This document shows positions 9,786 to 18,838 of a DNA stretch of 64,000 nt, one piece after another. Origin of the DNA: a virus; IMG/VR virus record IMGVR_UViG_3300045988_103765. One strand, 5' to 3'. The first letter of the stretch is position 1. Every line of letters starts with the position of its first letter. Below the pieces are notes generated by a model that saw only the letters and a list, made by a program, of their open reading frames with translations, had not been told where the DNA came from and did not search any database. Position numbers and translations under genes: made by a program.

Positions 9786-10037
9786 TTATTTTATTCTTGG
9801 TATGGTATCTAACACACTACGTTTAGGTGCTTGCAACTCACTTCTATCACTTTTACGTCGTTTCCAAAACTTCTCCCATATCTCTTTATCTTTGCCACGC
9901 AAATACTTGATATGGGTGCTGTCTACTGTCAAGAAAAGAACTTGTGCCATAGACAATCTATAAAGATAATCGTCATACGTAAACTGCGGAAAGCTACGTA
10001 TGAAATCACCTAAATCTCCGATTTGGCTTGCCGCCAT
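9786..10037 (-). CDS. tail assembly chaperone, -1 frame extension (T-like part)
   Basis: Overlaps the 3' end of 10010..10558 by 28 nt in the -1 frame. That frame is open for 34 codons upstream of its ATG. This is the canonical position just before the tape measure gene. Confidence 0.5.
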   Translation of the reverse strand: MAASQIGDLGDFIRSFPQFTYDDYLYRLSMAQVLFLTVDSTHIKYLRGKDKEIWEKFWKRRKSDRSELQAPKRSVLDTIPRIK

Positions 10038-10558
10038 AATGTTAATTGTTCCGCTACCTTCTTCCTCATATTCGTCTGCGAAACCATAAGAGCCTTCCCC
10101 GATATGAGCACCGTAAAAACCGGTGATAAGTCGATGCTGTTAATTGCCTCAATAATGATTGCCGCCCATTGAGCAGGCTCAAATACGGAGTTGAGAATAC
10201 GAGCCTTCATAAAAGCTATCAGTTTGTCATTTCTGCTCATAACTTCTATCGCACTCGCATAATCGGTTATATCATCTGGTGAGAAGAGGTGATTAACAAG
10301 AATGATTGCTACAATCTCGGAACTTACGTCCAAGTCTGTACATAGAGCGTACATCATGCTCTTATCATCCTTAATATCCTCTTCCTTTTGTAATTTCAAC
10401 GCTAATTGGAAAATACGCTGGTATGAGTATGCCCTCAACCGATGCACCTTATACTGCTTATCTCCTAACTTGACAAGCGTAGGATTGTCAGTCATAATCT
10501 CTGATATTTCCCTCTTTAGCTCGTCCGGTATAATTAAATCCTTTTCTTCCATTATCAT
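10010..10558 (-). CDS. tail assembly chaperone (G-like)
   Basis: Position between the tail tube and tape measure genes. Acidic 182-aa protein. Confidence 0.55.
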   Translation of the reverse strand: MIMEEKDLIIPDELKREISEIMTDNPTLVKLGDKQYKVHRLRAYSYQRIFQLALKLQKEEDIKDDKSMMYALCTDLDVSSEIVAIILVNHLFSPDDITDYASAIEVMSRNDKLIAFMKARILNSVFEPAQWAAIIIEAINSIDLSPVFTVLISGKALMVSQTNMRKKVAEQLTLWRQAKSEI

Positions 10559-10569
10559 TTGTGCATTAA

Positions 10570-10605
10570 AGAAAAAAGGACAGCAGCAAACAAGCCACTG
10601 CCCTT
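10570..10605 (-). terminator. stem-loop plus U-tract downstream of the tail tube gene (attenuator-type)
   Basis: On the minus-strand RNA, AAGGGCAGUGGC / GCUGCUGUCCUU form a 12-bp stem (with G-U pairs) followed by UUUUUC. Confidence 0.5.
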
Positions 10606-10626
10606 TCTCTTGATTTATAATGGGTC

Positions 10627-11136
10627 TTAGCCTCCAACAGAAGGTTCAGCCATCTTCATCTCAACCGTCTTGCCATCATCATCAACCAAAGCGGTGATAG
10701 CGATATGCAGTTTCAACGGGGCAGTCTTCAAATCAGTACCATCCCAATTGGTAGCGACCTTACCTTTGTAAACAACAATGTAGTCAATACCATTGTAGAA
10801 CTCCAACTTGAACTGCTTGTAAACGTTGGTGAATGAAGAAGGCATTGTGTACAAGCCAGTAGAAGCGGTAAACTGACCGCCTTCCATAGCGGCAATCTCT
10901 TCCGGTTTGTACTTAACCAAGTCAAATTCAATCTTGTAAGAACCAAGTGTACCCACGCTATCAAGCGGAGTATCATAGAACTCACCGTTAATAGCACTTT
11001 CACTTGCGGTTTCTTGACTGATAGACAAACCTTCCAACACACCCATAAGAGGAGTATAAGAAGCTTCTGCACCAGCCCCGACTTCCGCATAGCCTAAAGA
11101 CTTACATTTGTAAGTCAACAAATCTTGTGTAGCCAT
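10627..11136 (-). CDS. major tail (tube) protein
   Basis: 169 aa. Sits immediately upstream of the chaperone pair, with an attenuator-type hairpin after it. The call is positional. Confidence 0.55.
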   Translation of the reverse strand: MATQDLLTYKCKSLGYAEVGAGAEASYTPLMGVLEGLSISQETASESAINGEFYDTPLDSVGTLGSYKIEFDLVKYKPEEIAAMEGGQFTASTGLYTMPSSFTNVYKQFKLEFYNGIDYIVVYKGKVATNWDGTDLKTAPLKLHIAITALVDDDGKTVEMKMAEPSVGG

Positions 11137-11201
11137 CTCGTCTAATTTTTAAATTATTATTTATATTGATTATAAATGAGGCGTTCATGTCCTTATGGGA
11201 C

Positions 11202-11300
11202 ACTTGACGTTTCATCGAGCCACTACTTCTTAGGGAGCTTGCACTCCGGTCGTCCATAGTTGGGTTCTCACCGTCCAATCCCCGATGCGCCAGCGGTTGG
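11202..11300 (-). ncRNA. orphan copy of the tnpB-2 omegaRNA scaffold / IS right end
   Basis: The reverse complement is 97/99 identical to 63877..63975. Similarity ends at the same nucleotide in both copies (..GATGAAACGTCAAGT). Confidence 0.7.
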
Positions 11301-11307
11301 ATAATTT

Positions 11308-11739
11308 TTACTTTATTAGTACCATAAATGATTTAATATACATGAAGAACAGATTGTCGCTCTCATTATATATATCATCAGTTGACAATATACCGTCAGT
11401 TGATATGTCGTATTTTCCTCCGGCTTTCTCAACTTCTGCATTCACAATATCGGATATGCTTGTTTCATACTTTTGAAGCAAGGTAGTGTCAAGCCGACCT
11501 CTTGTTTTGGGAGGGATATACATCTCAACTGTTACCCGAACACTTGCAAAAGCATTCAAGTTGAATTGGCTCTTATCCTTAATTTCTCCCAAACGGATAA
11601 CCATGAAGCCGCCAGCGTTTATCTCTTCTTCCAGCTTGGTAGGCATTTCCATCGGATAGATGTACTTTGTGACCTTATCTATAAAGAGAGAATAAACATA
11701 TTGGTATATCGGCATTCGCCTTGCATCAATTAAACTCAT
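11308..11739 (-). CDS. tail terminator / tail completion protein (positional)
   Basis: 143 aa. It is the last gene before the tail tube in the head-to-tail operon. Confidence 0.4.
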   Translation of the reverse strand: MSLIDARRMPIYQYVYSLFIDKVTKYIYPMEMPTKLEEEINAGGFMVIRLGEIKDKSQFNLNAFASVRVTVEMYIPPKTRGRLDTTLLQKYETSISDIVNAEVEKAGGKYDISTDGILSTDDIYNESDNLFFMYIKSFMVLIK

Positions 11740-11852
11740 GGGATTTGTTTACAAGGACATTCATATATCCTTGATGGTGTCCCCACTACACCTCTATTGA
11801 TTACTTGATATAATCTTTCACCAATTACTTTTTCTTGAAACGGAACGCTCAT
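11736..11852 (-). CDS. small coupled ORF (38 aa, MSVPFQEKVIGERLYQVINRGVVGTPSRIYECPCKQIP)
   Basis: Below the ORF-track size cutoff. It has ATGA start/stop overlaps with both neighbours and fills an otherwise empty 109-nt gap. Confidence 0.4.
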   Translation of the reverse strand: MSVPFQEKVIGERLYQVINRGVVGTPSRIYECPCKQIP

Positions 11853-12343
11853 ATCCCTATTGTTTTAACAGTTGCCTTCCCTGCAAAATCTTCCTTAATA
11901 TCGTCATATATGGTTGATAACACCTCAAATCTTCGTCTTGGATTTCCGGCATTCCCTCCTTCCAATATAGGAGCATAAGGCACTGTTGCTGCCAGCACCA
12001 AATCCCATCCTATATAAGTGGCAGGAGTATAGTTTGCCAAGAACTCGTCAGCAAGCTTTCTTCCATCTATCAGCTTGCCATGATACTTTGAGTTTTTAGT
12101 TGCCATCTGATACGGATACAAGTAGCCGCTCCCCTTCAAATTGCCTTGATAGAACACAGCCCAAATATAACTATCAGCCAAGTTGTAAGTCTGGTCGGTA
12201 AATCCGCTTTCAGAATATGCTTTCTTCAACAATTCGGGTGCATAGGCTATTAGTCGCTGGGTTTGCTCGCCAGCAAGTCTGTCAAACAGTTCTTGCCGAA
12301 CCCTTTTCAAACCACTCAAATCAACTTTTACTTTTATCGCCAT
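11849..12343 (-). CDS. HK97 gp10-like head-tail joining protein
   Basis: The N-terminus (MAIKVKVDLSGLKRVRQEL) has the typical family look. Position within the connector block. Confidence 0.45.
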   Translation of the reverse strand: MAIKVKVDLSGLKRVRQELFDRLAGEQTQRLIAYAPELLKKAYSESGFTDQTYNLADSYIWAVFYQGNLKGSGYLYPYQMATKNSKYHGKLIDGRKLADEFLANYTPATYIGWDLVLAATVPYAPILEGGNAGNPRRRFEVLSTIYDDIKEDFAGKATVKTIGI

Positions 12344-12678
12344 CCACCTTTTCTATTTGCATATATAGTTATAGCACCTAACATCGAAGGTATGCTGTTA
12401 TCAACTTGCATCTTAATTTGCTCTCCCATAACATCACATTCTATCCAGTCTTCATTACGTACTGGATTAATATACTTCCCGTCCTCTCCTTTTATCAAAG
12501 GAATAGAAACAACGTAGTCGCTTGTTTGAGCGGTCGAACCGGATTCAGCAACAGAAAGATTCACGTCCATTACTCCTTCGTAGACGGTATCTTCTTCATC
12601 GTCGCCCATAGAACTTTCGATGATTCTGTATATACGTCCCGAAAAAGGAAATTCTTCTATGTCACTGAATGAAATCAT
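12334..12678 (-). CDS. head closure / head-tail adaptor protein (positional)
   Basis: 114 aa. Overlaps both neighbours. Confidence 0.4.
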   Translation of the reverse strand: MISFSDIEEFPFSGRIYRIIESSMGDDEEDTVYEGVMDVNLSVAESGSTAQTSDYVVSIPLIKGEDGKYINPVRNEDWIECDVMGEQIKMQVDNSIPSMLGAITIYANRKGGWR

Positions 12679-13046
12679 ATCACATCTATAATTTTCAAGA
12701 GTTTAATCTTTGGACGAGCAGAGATAAGAACCTCGTAATTAGGGTCATTGTATCTCTTATATATGCCCAAAGCATAACTGATTTTATTACTCTGATAGAT
12801 GTCCGTCTCTGAACCTACTGTACGCTGGAAGTTATTATGAGAGGCAGATTGAGATGCTGTACTTGAAGGGCTTAACAACACTGCGGTAAATATTATATCG
12901 GCAGTCATTAAATCCTTTTGTTCTTGGGTCAACGTCATAGCATCCTCGTTTACATCTGTGATGCCGCGGTCAAGAGCAATTCTCATAAATGTATTCTCCT
13001 CAAACGAATACCGACAAGATGAAGAAAGCCATTCAAGTATAGTCAT
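12675..13046 (-). CDS. head-tail connector (gp6-like) protein (positional)
   Basis: ORF track 12675..13094. I prefer the internal ATG at 13046 because it avoids an overlap with the capsid gene. Confidence 0.4.
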   Translation of the reverse strand: MTILEWLSSSCRYSFEENTFMRIALDRGITDVNEDAMTLTQEQKDLMTADIIFTAVLLSPSSTASQSASHNNFQRTVGSETDIYQSNKISYALGIYKRYNDPNYEVLISARPKIKLLKIIDVI

Positions 13047-13062
13047 ATATAACCCTCCAAGT

Positions 13063-14310
13063 TTAAGAACCAACAGACGTAGTATCAACAACAATGTGTT
13101 CCATAAACTCGGTCAGCACTGGCATATAACGACCGATAGCATCAGTATGATATGCCTTGTAGATACCGTTAGGAACTACCTTGTTGATAATATAAATCAA
13201 GTCATTCTGTGCAGAAGCGATTGAATAGTCAATCGTCTTGTTTGCTTCACGCTGCAACAAGATAACATCGGCAACATCAGAATGAACAACCTTACCAGCA
13301 AAGCCAATAGGACGCAGAACTGCTACACCCGACTTCCAGCCTTGTACAGTCTTAATCGTTTTGATGTCTTGTACCACTTGTTCCTCTTTCACAATGCGGA
13401 TAGGAGAAATCTTAGATACAGAAGAACGAGAATACTGAATAAGCTGCTCCCAAGAAATGATGTTAGTATCAATGCCAGAAGCACCATTAGTAACAACAAT
13501 AACCTTATCGGGCGCATACAAGCGAATCCAACGGTTAACTTCTTCCTTGAAGTATTTGTTGTTCAGCAAGTGAGTGATAACCATGTCATACGGCAAATCC
13601 CATTCCATTGTACCAGTAAATCCAGTACGGTCACGGAAATCTTTCTCAATCTTTGCCATTTGTTCCGGAATGTTAGCTTCTGCGTTCGTCCATACTTGCT
13701 TACCAGCCTTAACAAAGTTTTCAGTAGGCACATACTTCGGGAACTCATGTACGACACCGGACATACCACGAGAATCAGCATTGCTGTACTGACCTCCCTT
13801 AGACAAAGCTTGTGCGGCAATGTTAGAAAGACGGTAGTTGTGTGTCTTAATCAAGTCAGCAACACCACGTACATAACCTTCCAACAAAGTAGCATTAGCT
13901 TCACCAAGTTCATTCAAGCGTGCTTTCAATTCCTCTTTTGAAAGAGAAGTTTCAAACAAACCTTTACCGAACTGAGGGATAGTACCAGTTCTCTGTTCCC
14001 AGCCTTCGTTATCCATCTGAGCAACTTCACTCAACGGTGTCATTGCATCAGCCATCGGAACGGGGCGGCGAGTAACATTATAGATAGTATAAGCAGGGTC
14101 AAGCTTCGGGCGGCTCATGTCAATAGGGTACTTGCCACCATCAACAGTGAAGTGTTCCTGCCAGAAGAACTGGTTTGCATCCATGACGATTTTCTCGTCA
14201 ACGAGCGTCTGAATAAATGCGCTCGTACCGTCAGAGTTTACCAATCCTCTTTGATAGAGTTGGTTTACTAACTCGTCGGGATTAAATTGATATTTATATG
14301 CGTTTGCCAT
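13063..14310 (-). CDS. major capsid protein
   Basis: 415 aa. It follows the scaffold and a decoration-like gene, the lambda C/Nu3-D-E order. Confidence 0.7.
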   Translation of the reverse strand: MANAYKYQFNPDELVNQLYQRGLVNSDGTSAFIQTLVDEKIVMDANQFFWQEHFTVDGGKYPIDMSRPKLDPAYTIYNVTRRPVPMADAMTPLSEVAQMDNEGWEQRTGTIPQFGKGLFETSLSKEELKARLNELGEANATLLEGYVRGVADLIKTHNYRLSNIAAQALSKGGQYSNADSRGMSGVVHEFPKYVPTENFVKAGKQVWTNAEANIPEQMAKIEKDFRDRTGFTGTMEWDLPYDMVITHLLNNKYFKEEVNRWIRLYAPDKVIVVTNGASGIDTNIISWEQLIQYSRSSVSKISPIRIVKEEQVVQDIKTIKTVQGWKSGVAVLRPIGFAGKVVHSDVADVILLQREANKTIDYSIASAQNDLIYIINKVVPNGIYKAYHTDAIGRYMPVLTEFMEHIVVDTTSVGS

Positions 14311-14327
14311 AATTCTACTCCTTTCCT

Positions 14328-15026
14328 TTAGATTTCAAATACACCATCGATGTAGTTGCGGTTCTTAGCCAATACGTACTTCGGAAGCGGTTGCATACGT
14401 TCAACAAATGCACGCTTGCCATAAACAGTGTTAATGTTGTGCTGAACATCAGTAACTCCCCAGCGACCATCAGTCGGAGCAAACTGCGTATCTACTTCGA
14501 TGAAGGTATTTGGGTTTTTAACTAACACAGTCGCGTCGGAAGCAGCAGAAGTCGCAACGTCACCTTTTTTGTCAGCAGCTTCAACCAAAATATCATCAGT
14601 AGTCAGAGCACCGATTGCAGTGTCAACAGTAAGAATAAACTGCTTGTTCTCTTCATCGAACTCAACAGATTTAACCTTACCAGACTGTCCCGCAGTTTCA
14701 ACTGTATCGGGAGCTTTCATAAGTACATTGCCTACTTCGGGAATGTGAGAATAGCCAGAACCATCTACATACAGAGTAGTGTCTGTGCCAGTAGTAGTAG
14801 CCTTTGCCACCTTAAACGTTTTCAGAAGGAAACCCGGTTTCCACAATCTGTATTCGTACAAGTCAGCCGCAAAAGCATAGCCAAAACCCTTATACGGGTT
14901 TGCAATGGTAGAGCCATAGAGAACATTGGAACGTTCCTCGTGATTGGCGTCCTTCCACCATACGAACTTGCCACCTCTAAATTGTTTAGCGGAAGCAAAA
15001 AAGGTTTCTAAATTAAATTGTGCCAT
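14328..15026 (-). CDS. head decoration / auxiliary capsid protein (positional)
   Basis: 232 aa, located between the scaffold and the major capsid gene. Confidence 0.35.
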   Translation of the reverse strand: MAQFNLETFFASAKQFRGGKFVWWKDANHEERSNVLYGSTIANPYKGFGYAFAADLYEYRLWKPGFLLKTFKVAKATTTGTDTTLYVDGSGYSHIPEVGNVLMKAPDTVETAGQSGKVKSVEFDEENKQFILTVDTAIGALTTDDILVEAADKKGDVATSAASDATVLVKNPNTFIEVDTQFAPTDGRWGVTDVQHNINTVYGKRAFVERMQPLPKYVLAKNRNYIDGVFEI

Positions 15027-15037
15027 TTTTTTAATAT

Positions 15038-15682
15038 TTAAAGTTTGACGGGTTTTATGGCAGCAAGGTAGTCTTCCATTGTTGTTTTCTTTCCGTCCGG
15101 AGATAATGGTGTAATATCACCAATAGAGCTTCTGAATATATCTTGATAATCTTTCAGCAGTCTTTCTGCCTCGGCATTAACATCAGCATCAATTGCGATA
15201 TTCTGCTTACCAAGATAGTTACGAAAAGATTCATGTAAATCTTCCCTCACCTTAGACTTGGCTGTATCGTATATCTGATTGCGAACAGACTTCGTTTTCT
15301 CTTGCAATTCAAACTTTTCCAGCCTATCAAGTTTCTCTTTGTACTCGGCAGGCAACTCAAATTTCGAAGGCTTTTGATTGCCTTCTCCACCATCATTACC
15401 TTTTTCAGCCTTTTTCTTCCATTCTTCAATCTGAGATTTATATTCAGCTTCCTTAGCTTCAAATCCCTTAGTCGCTTCTGAGAATGCGTTCTTTCTTGCA
15501 TGTCCGCTACTTTCAACTGAAATATTCAATGCGGCTACTAAGCCAGCATCTTCAATCGGAGCATCCTTGTAAGCTTCTGCAAATTTCTCAGAGAACTTAT
15601 CTCTAAATGTTTCACTCAAATCAAAATTACGTTCTTCGCAAATCTGATTAACTTTAGATAAAACTTCTTCTTTTTGTGCCAT
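15038..15682 (-). CDS. capsid scaffolding protein
   Basis: Highly charged (K/E-rich) helical 214-aa protein. It is the first gene of the leftward late operon, upstream of the capsid genes. Confidence 0.55.
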   Translation of the reverse strand: MAQKEEVLSKVNQICEERNFDLSETFRDKFSEKFAEAYKDAPIEDAGLVAALNISVESSGHARKNAFSEATKGFEAKEAEYKSQIEEWKKKAEKGNDGGEGNQKPSKFELPAEYKEKLDRLEKFELQEKTKSVRNQIYDTAKSKVREDLHESFRNYLGKQNIAIDADVNAEAERLLKDYQDIFRSSIGDITPLSPDGKKTTMEDYLAAIKPVKL

Positions 15683-15710
15683 TGTTCGTCAATGATTTTA
15701 TTATTTTGAA

Positions 15711-15718
15711 CAAAAATA
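15711..15718 (-). promoter_or_regulatory. -7 box TATTTTTG for the leftward late operon
   Basis: Matches TAnnTTTG, 28 nt upstream of ATG 15682. Confidence 0.45.
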
Positions 15719-15826
15719 AATAGCTTTTTCGTTACTCATACTGTGGTTATCGAAAAAGTAGCATATTTATTTTAAGGTATGTAGCTTGTTTTTCGATAAG
15801 TGGCATATATCGAAGCTTAGATTGCG

Positions 15827-15834
15827 TATTTTTG
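15827..15834 (+). promoter_or_regulatory. -7 box TATTTTTG for the rightward late operon
   Basis: The octamer is identical to the divergent one and lies 20 nt upstream of the terminase ATG. Confidence 0.45.
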
Positions 15835-15854
15835 TAGAAAAATAAAGAACCATT

Positions 15855-17612
15855 ATGAGCGAGAAAATACAGAAAGACAAAATTGTTAGTCCATTGCCGG
15901 GTTGCCAATATGAAGCCATCCGAAGCAATGCTGACTATGTTGTACTTACTGGTTCCGGTGGCGGTGGAAAAAGTTTTACATTAGGTTATGCTCCAATTTC
16001 ATATCTATATGAAAACCAAGGAGCAAAAGCTGTATGGTTCATGCGTAATGTTGGCGACTTTTTTGACGCTGGTAAAGTAGTGGATGGTCTTAAAGAAATA
16101 TATCCGCTTATTGATAGACGTTTCAGAATACAACCAAGAGAACCTATTGGAGAAGTCATTAAGGTTCAAGACGATATGGGTGTGAAGTTTTTCAATAGCT
16201 CTGAAATTAAATTCCAGCAGTTAAATAATGAAAGTCCTACTGTAATAGATAAGATATTCAAAGGATTACAATTCAAGAAGGCTATCTTTGAGGAATGCAA
16301 TAAATTTGAATGGAGGACTATTTCTACTTGTCAAACCCGTCTGCGTGCAAACACTAAGGGTAAAGCTCAAATATATCTTGCTCAAAATCCGGAACGTGAA
16401 TGCTTCATACGTAAGCTATGTGGCTGTGGCAAGAATGGTGGTGGATGGATTGGAGATGATGGAAAACCCATTAAAGAAATGAATGGAGTTGTTCGGTTCT
16501 TCCACATTGTAAAGGGTAACTTGGATGAAGTCTATTGGGGAAATACTAAGGAAGAGGTTTATTCTAAATGCAAAGACATTATAGATAACCTTTTGCAGAT
16601 TGACCCGGATATGTCTTATGAGGACTTTATTATGAGCATGGTATTCTTTACTTTTGATGTGAGGGATAACCAAGCTATGCTTAAAGCAAACAAAGGTTAT
16701 CGCGCTATGGCTGCAACATCTGTGCTTGCAGATTCAATGTATGAACCTAATTGGAATTTCTCTATACAAGACGAAAAAGAAGAAGAAGAAGAAGATAATC
16801 TTTCCGAAGTGACAGAGGATGATATTCTCAATATGTTTACTCATGTTTCTCCATGTAAATGCAAGAAGGAGCGTATTACCGTGGATATGGCAACTACTGG
16901 GGAGGATAACTTTGTAATGAAGCATTGGGTAGGTTTCCATTGTGACGATATACAATATTGTATGAAAAACTCCAATCTTGAAGCTGTAAAGATGATTAAG
17001 CAGTTTATGGTTAAGCATGGATTGACTGATAAAGAGCTAATCATTGATGTGCAAGGTAACGGTTTCTTAAAAGAGATTTTCAATCTTGTATCAGCAAATG
17101 GTGGAGGTGTCGCATTCTCCGGAGCGATTGCCGCAACTGCTAAGGGAAAGAAACTGTATGAAAGGTTTAAAGATGAAGCTGCACACCTTGCTACCCAAAT
17201 GATAAAGGCTGGATTGATAACCTATGACAGACAGCTTGCTAAAATGAGATATACACATCAGAAGCTAAAGCGCGAAGGTTCTACTACTGTCTTAAAACAA
17301 ATGCAGTTTGAGAGCAGAATATTCAAATTTAAACGCTTGCCTTCGGGACGAATACAGTTTGAAGGAAAGAAGGAACAACATGCTCTGATAAAAGGCTTTT
17401 CTCCCGACCTTACAGACAACATCATTATGCTTTGTGGGGGATTGTGTTATGACTGTTATAGGGAATTGGCTGGTGCTACTGGTGGAGAATTAAGAAGGAA
17501 ATTATCTCTTGAAGATATAATGAACCAAGTAAATGGTACTGCACAACCAACAAGGAAAAGAGGAAAGATTACTAATTCAGATAAGATATTGAAAATTTTA
17601 AGCAGCATATAA
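15855..17612 (+). CDS. terL: terminase large subunit
   Basis: Walker A motif VLTGSGGGGKSF. 585 aa. Lies upstream of the portal gene. Contains an in-frame (GAA)5 run encoding a poly-Glu patch. Confidence 0.85.
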   Translation: MSEKIQKDKIVSPLPGCQYEAIRSNADYVVLTGSGGGGKSFTLGYAPISYLYENQGAKAVWFMRNVGDFFDAGKVVDGLKEIYPLIDRRFRIQPREPIGEVIKVQDDMGVKFFNSSEIKFQQLNNESPTVIDKIFKGLQFKKAIFEECNKFEWRTISTCQTRLRANTKGKAQIYLAQNPERECFIRKLCGCGKNGGGWIGDDGKPIKEMNGVVRFFHIVKGNLDEVYWGNTKEEVYSKCKDIIDNLLQIDPDMSYEDFIMSMVFFTFDVRDNQAMLKANKGYRAMAATSVLADSMYEPNWNFSIQDEKEEEEEDNLSEVTEDDILNMFTHVSPCKCKKERITVDMATTGEDNFVMKHWVGFHCDDIQYCMKNSNLEAVKMIKQFMVKHGLTDKELIIDVQGNGFLKEIFNLVSANGGGVAFSGAIAATAKGKKLYERFKDEAAHLATQMIKAGLITYDRQLAKMRYTHQKLKREGSTTVLKQMQFESRIFKFKRLPSGRIQFEGKKEQHALIKGFSPDLTDNIIMLCGGLCYDCYRELAGATGGELRRKLSLEDIMNQVNGTAQPTRKRGKITNSDKILKILSSI

Positions 17613-17648
17613 AATGGGCAATTATATAGGACTTGACACTTAAATGAT

Positions 17649-17656
17649 TATCTTTG
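17649..17656 (+). promoter_or_regulatory. -7 box TATCTTTG abutting the tnpB-1 start
   Basis: Matches TAnnTTTG and ends 3 nt before ATG 17660. Confidence 0.4.
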
Positions 17657-17659
17657 TAC

Positions 17660-18838
17660 ATGCAGCGAGTAGAAAGACATATAGCAATAGGCAACAAGCG
17701 GTTGGATGAACTTTGCTTCCTATCCAAGAACTTGTACAACTACGTAAATTATCTTATTAGACAAGAGTTTACGCAGCATAAGAAGCTTTTGTCCGAATAT
17801 GAAGTTACTACCATGCTCGCTAAAGATAAACAAGCGGACTATATAGCCTTGCTTGCACAGACAAGCCAGCAGATTATAAAGATACTTTTCAAGAATTGGA
17901 AGGTATTCTTCAAACTCTGCAAGTTGAAGGACAAACTGAAATCCCGTCCCAAGCTTCCCAAATACAAGCACAAGACAAAGGGACGCAACATTGTGGTATT
18001 TACCAATCAGCAGTGTAAGTTGAAGGATGGATATATCCATTTCCCGAAACGTGCCGGGATAGAACCAATAAGAACCAAAGTGGATAACTTGTGCCAAGTG
18101 AGGATAATTCCACAGTGCAGTTGCCACATAATAGAAGTAGTTTATGAAAAAGAGAAAGAAGAAGCCACCGAATTAGACGATACGACTTATCTAAGTATTG
18201 ATTTAGGACTTGACAATCTCGCCACATCATTTGACCCACAACACAACCGTTGTTTTGTCATTAACGGCAGACCGCTAAAGTCCATGAACCAATTCTTTAA
18301 TAAGCGTAGGGCTTTCCTAATGAGTTTGATAGGTAGTCGGGGAATGAGTAGACGTATCGGACGATTAACTCTAAAGAGAAACTGTAAAGTACACGACTAT
18401 ATGCACAAAGCTTCAAGATTCATAGTAAATTATTGCAAGGATAACCACATTGGAAATATTGTGATAGGAAACAACAAGGATTGGAAGCAGAACTGTAATA
18501 TGGGAAAGGTGAACAATCAGAACTTTGTGAGTATTCCTTTTGAGAAGCTAATCTCCATGATACAATACAAGTGCGAGGAAGTAGGAATTAAGGTCATAGT
18601 CACGGAAGAGAGCTATACTTCCAAAACCGACCACTATTCAGACGAAGCCATGTGCCACCACGAGAACTATATAGGAAAGCGCATAAAGAGAGGTCTATTC
18701 CGTAGCGCATCGGGCAAACTGATAAACGCTGACCTAAACGGAGCGATAGGAATTTTAAGAAAAGTAGTCGGTGAACGCCTTTGGCAAATAGCCGATAGAG
18801 GTGGAGTGGCAACACCATCAAGAATACAATTTGTATAA
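17660..18838 (+). CDS. tnpB: TnpB-family RNA-guided endonuclease (zinc-finger-less subgroup)
   Basis: RuvC triad motifs SIDLGLDN, TEESYTSKT and INADLNGAIGILRK are present. The segment GKRIKRGLF replaces the usual CxxC..CxxC. Confidence 0.85.
   Translation: MQRVERHIAIGNKRLDELCFLSKNLYNYVNYLIRQEFTQHKKLLSEYEVTTMLAKDKQADYIALLAQTSQQIIKILFKNWKVFFKLCKLKDKLKSRPKLPKYKHKTKGRNIVVFTNQQCKLKDGYIHFPKRAGIEPIRTKVDNLCQVRIIPQCSCHIIEVVYEKEKEEATELDDTTYLSIDLGLDNLATSFDPQHNRCFVINGRPLKSMNQFFNKRRAFLMSLIGSRGMSRRIGRLTLKRNCKVHDYMHKASRFIVNYCKDNHIGNIVIGNNKDWKQNCNMGKVNNQNFVSIPFEKLISMIQYKCEEVGIKVIVTEESYTSKTDHYSDEAMCHHENYIGKRIKRGLFRSASGKLINADLNGAIGILRKVVGERLWQIADRGGVATPSRIQFV

Noticed and set aside
4820-9963. Many plus-strand ORFs (60-197 aa) antisense to the tape measure gene
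   Set aside because: They are Ser/Leu/Phe-rich, low-complexity mirror images of the Ala/Glu/Lys-rich coiled-coil coding strand. They lie fully inside a 5.2-kb gene with a strong functional assignment.
16734-17083. Antisense ORFs inside terL, including a poly-Phe run
   Set aside because: The poly-Phe run is the reverse translation of the in-frame (GAA)n poly-Glu patch of the terminase. There is no independent support.
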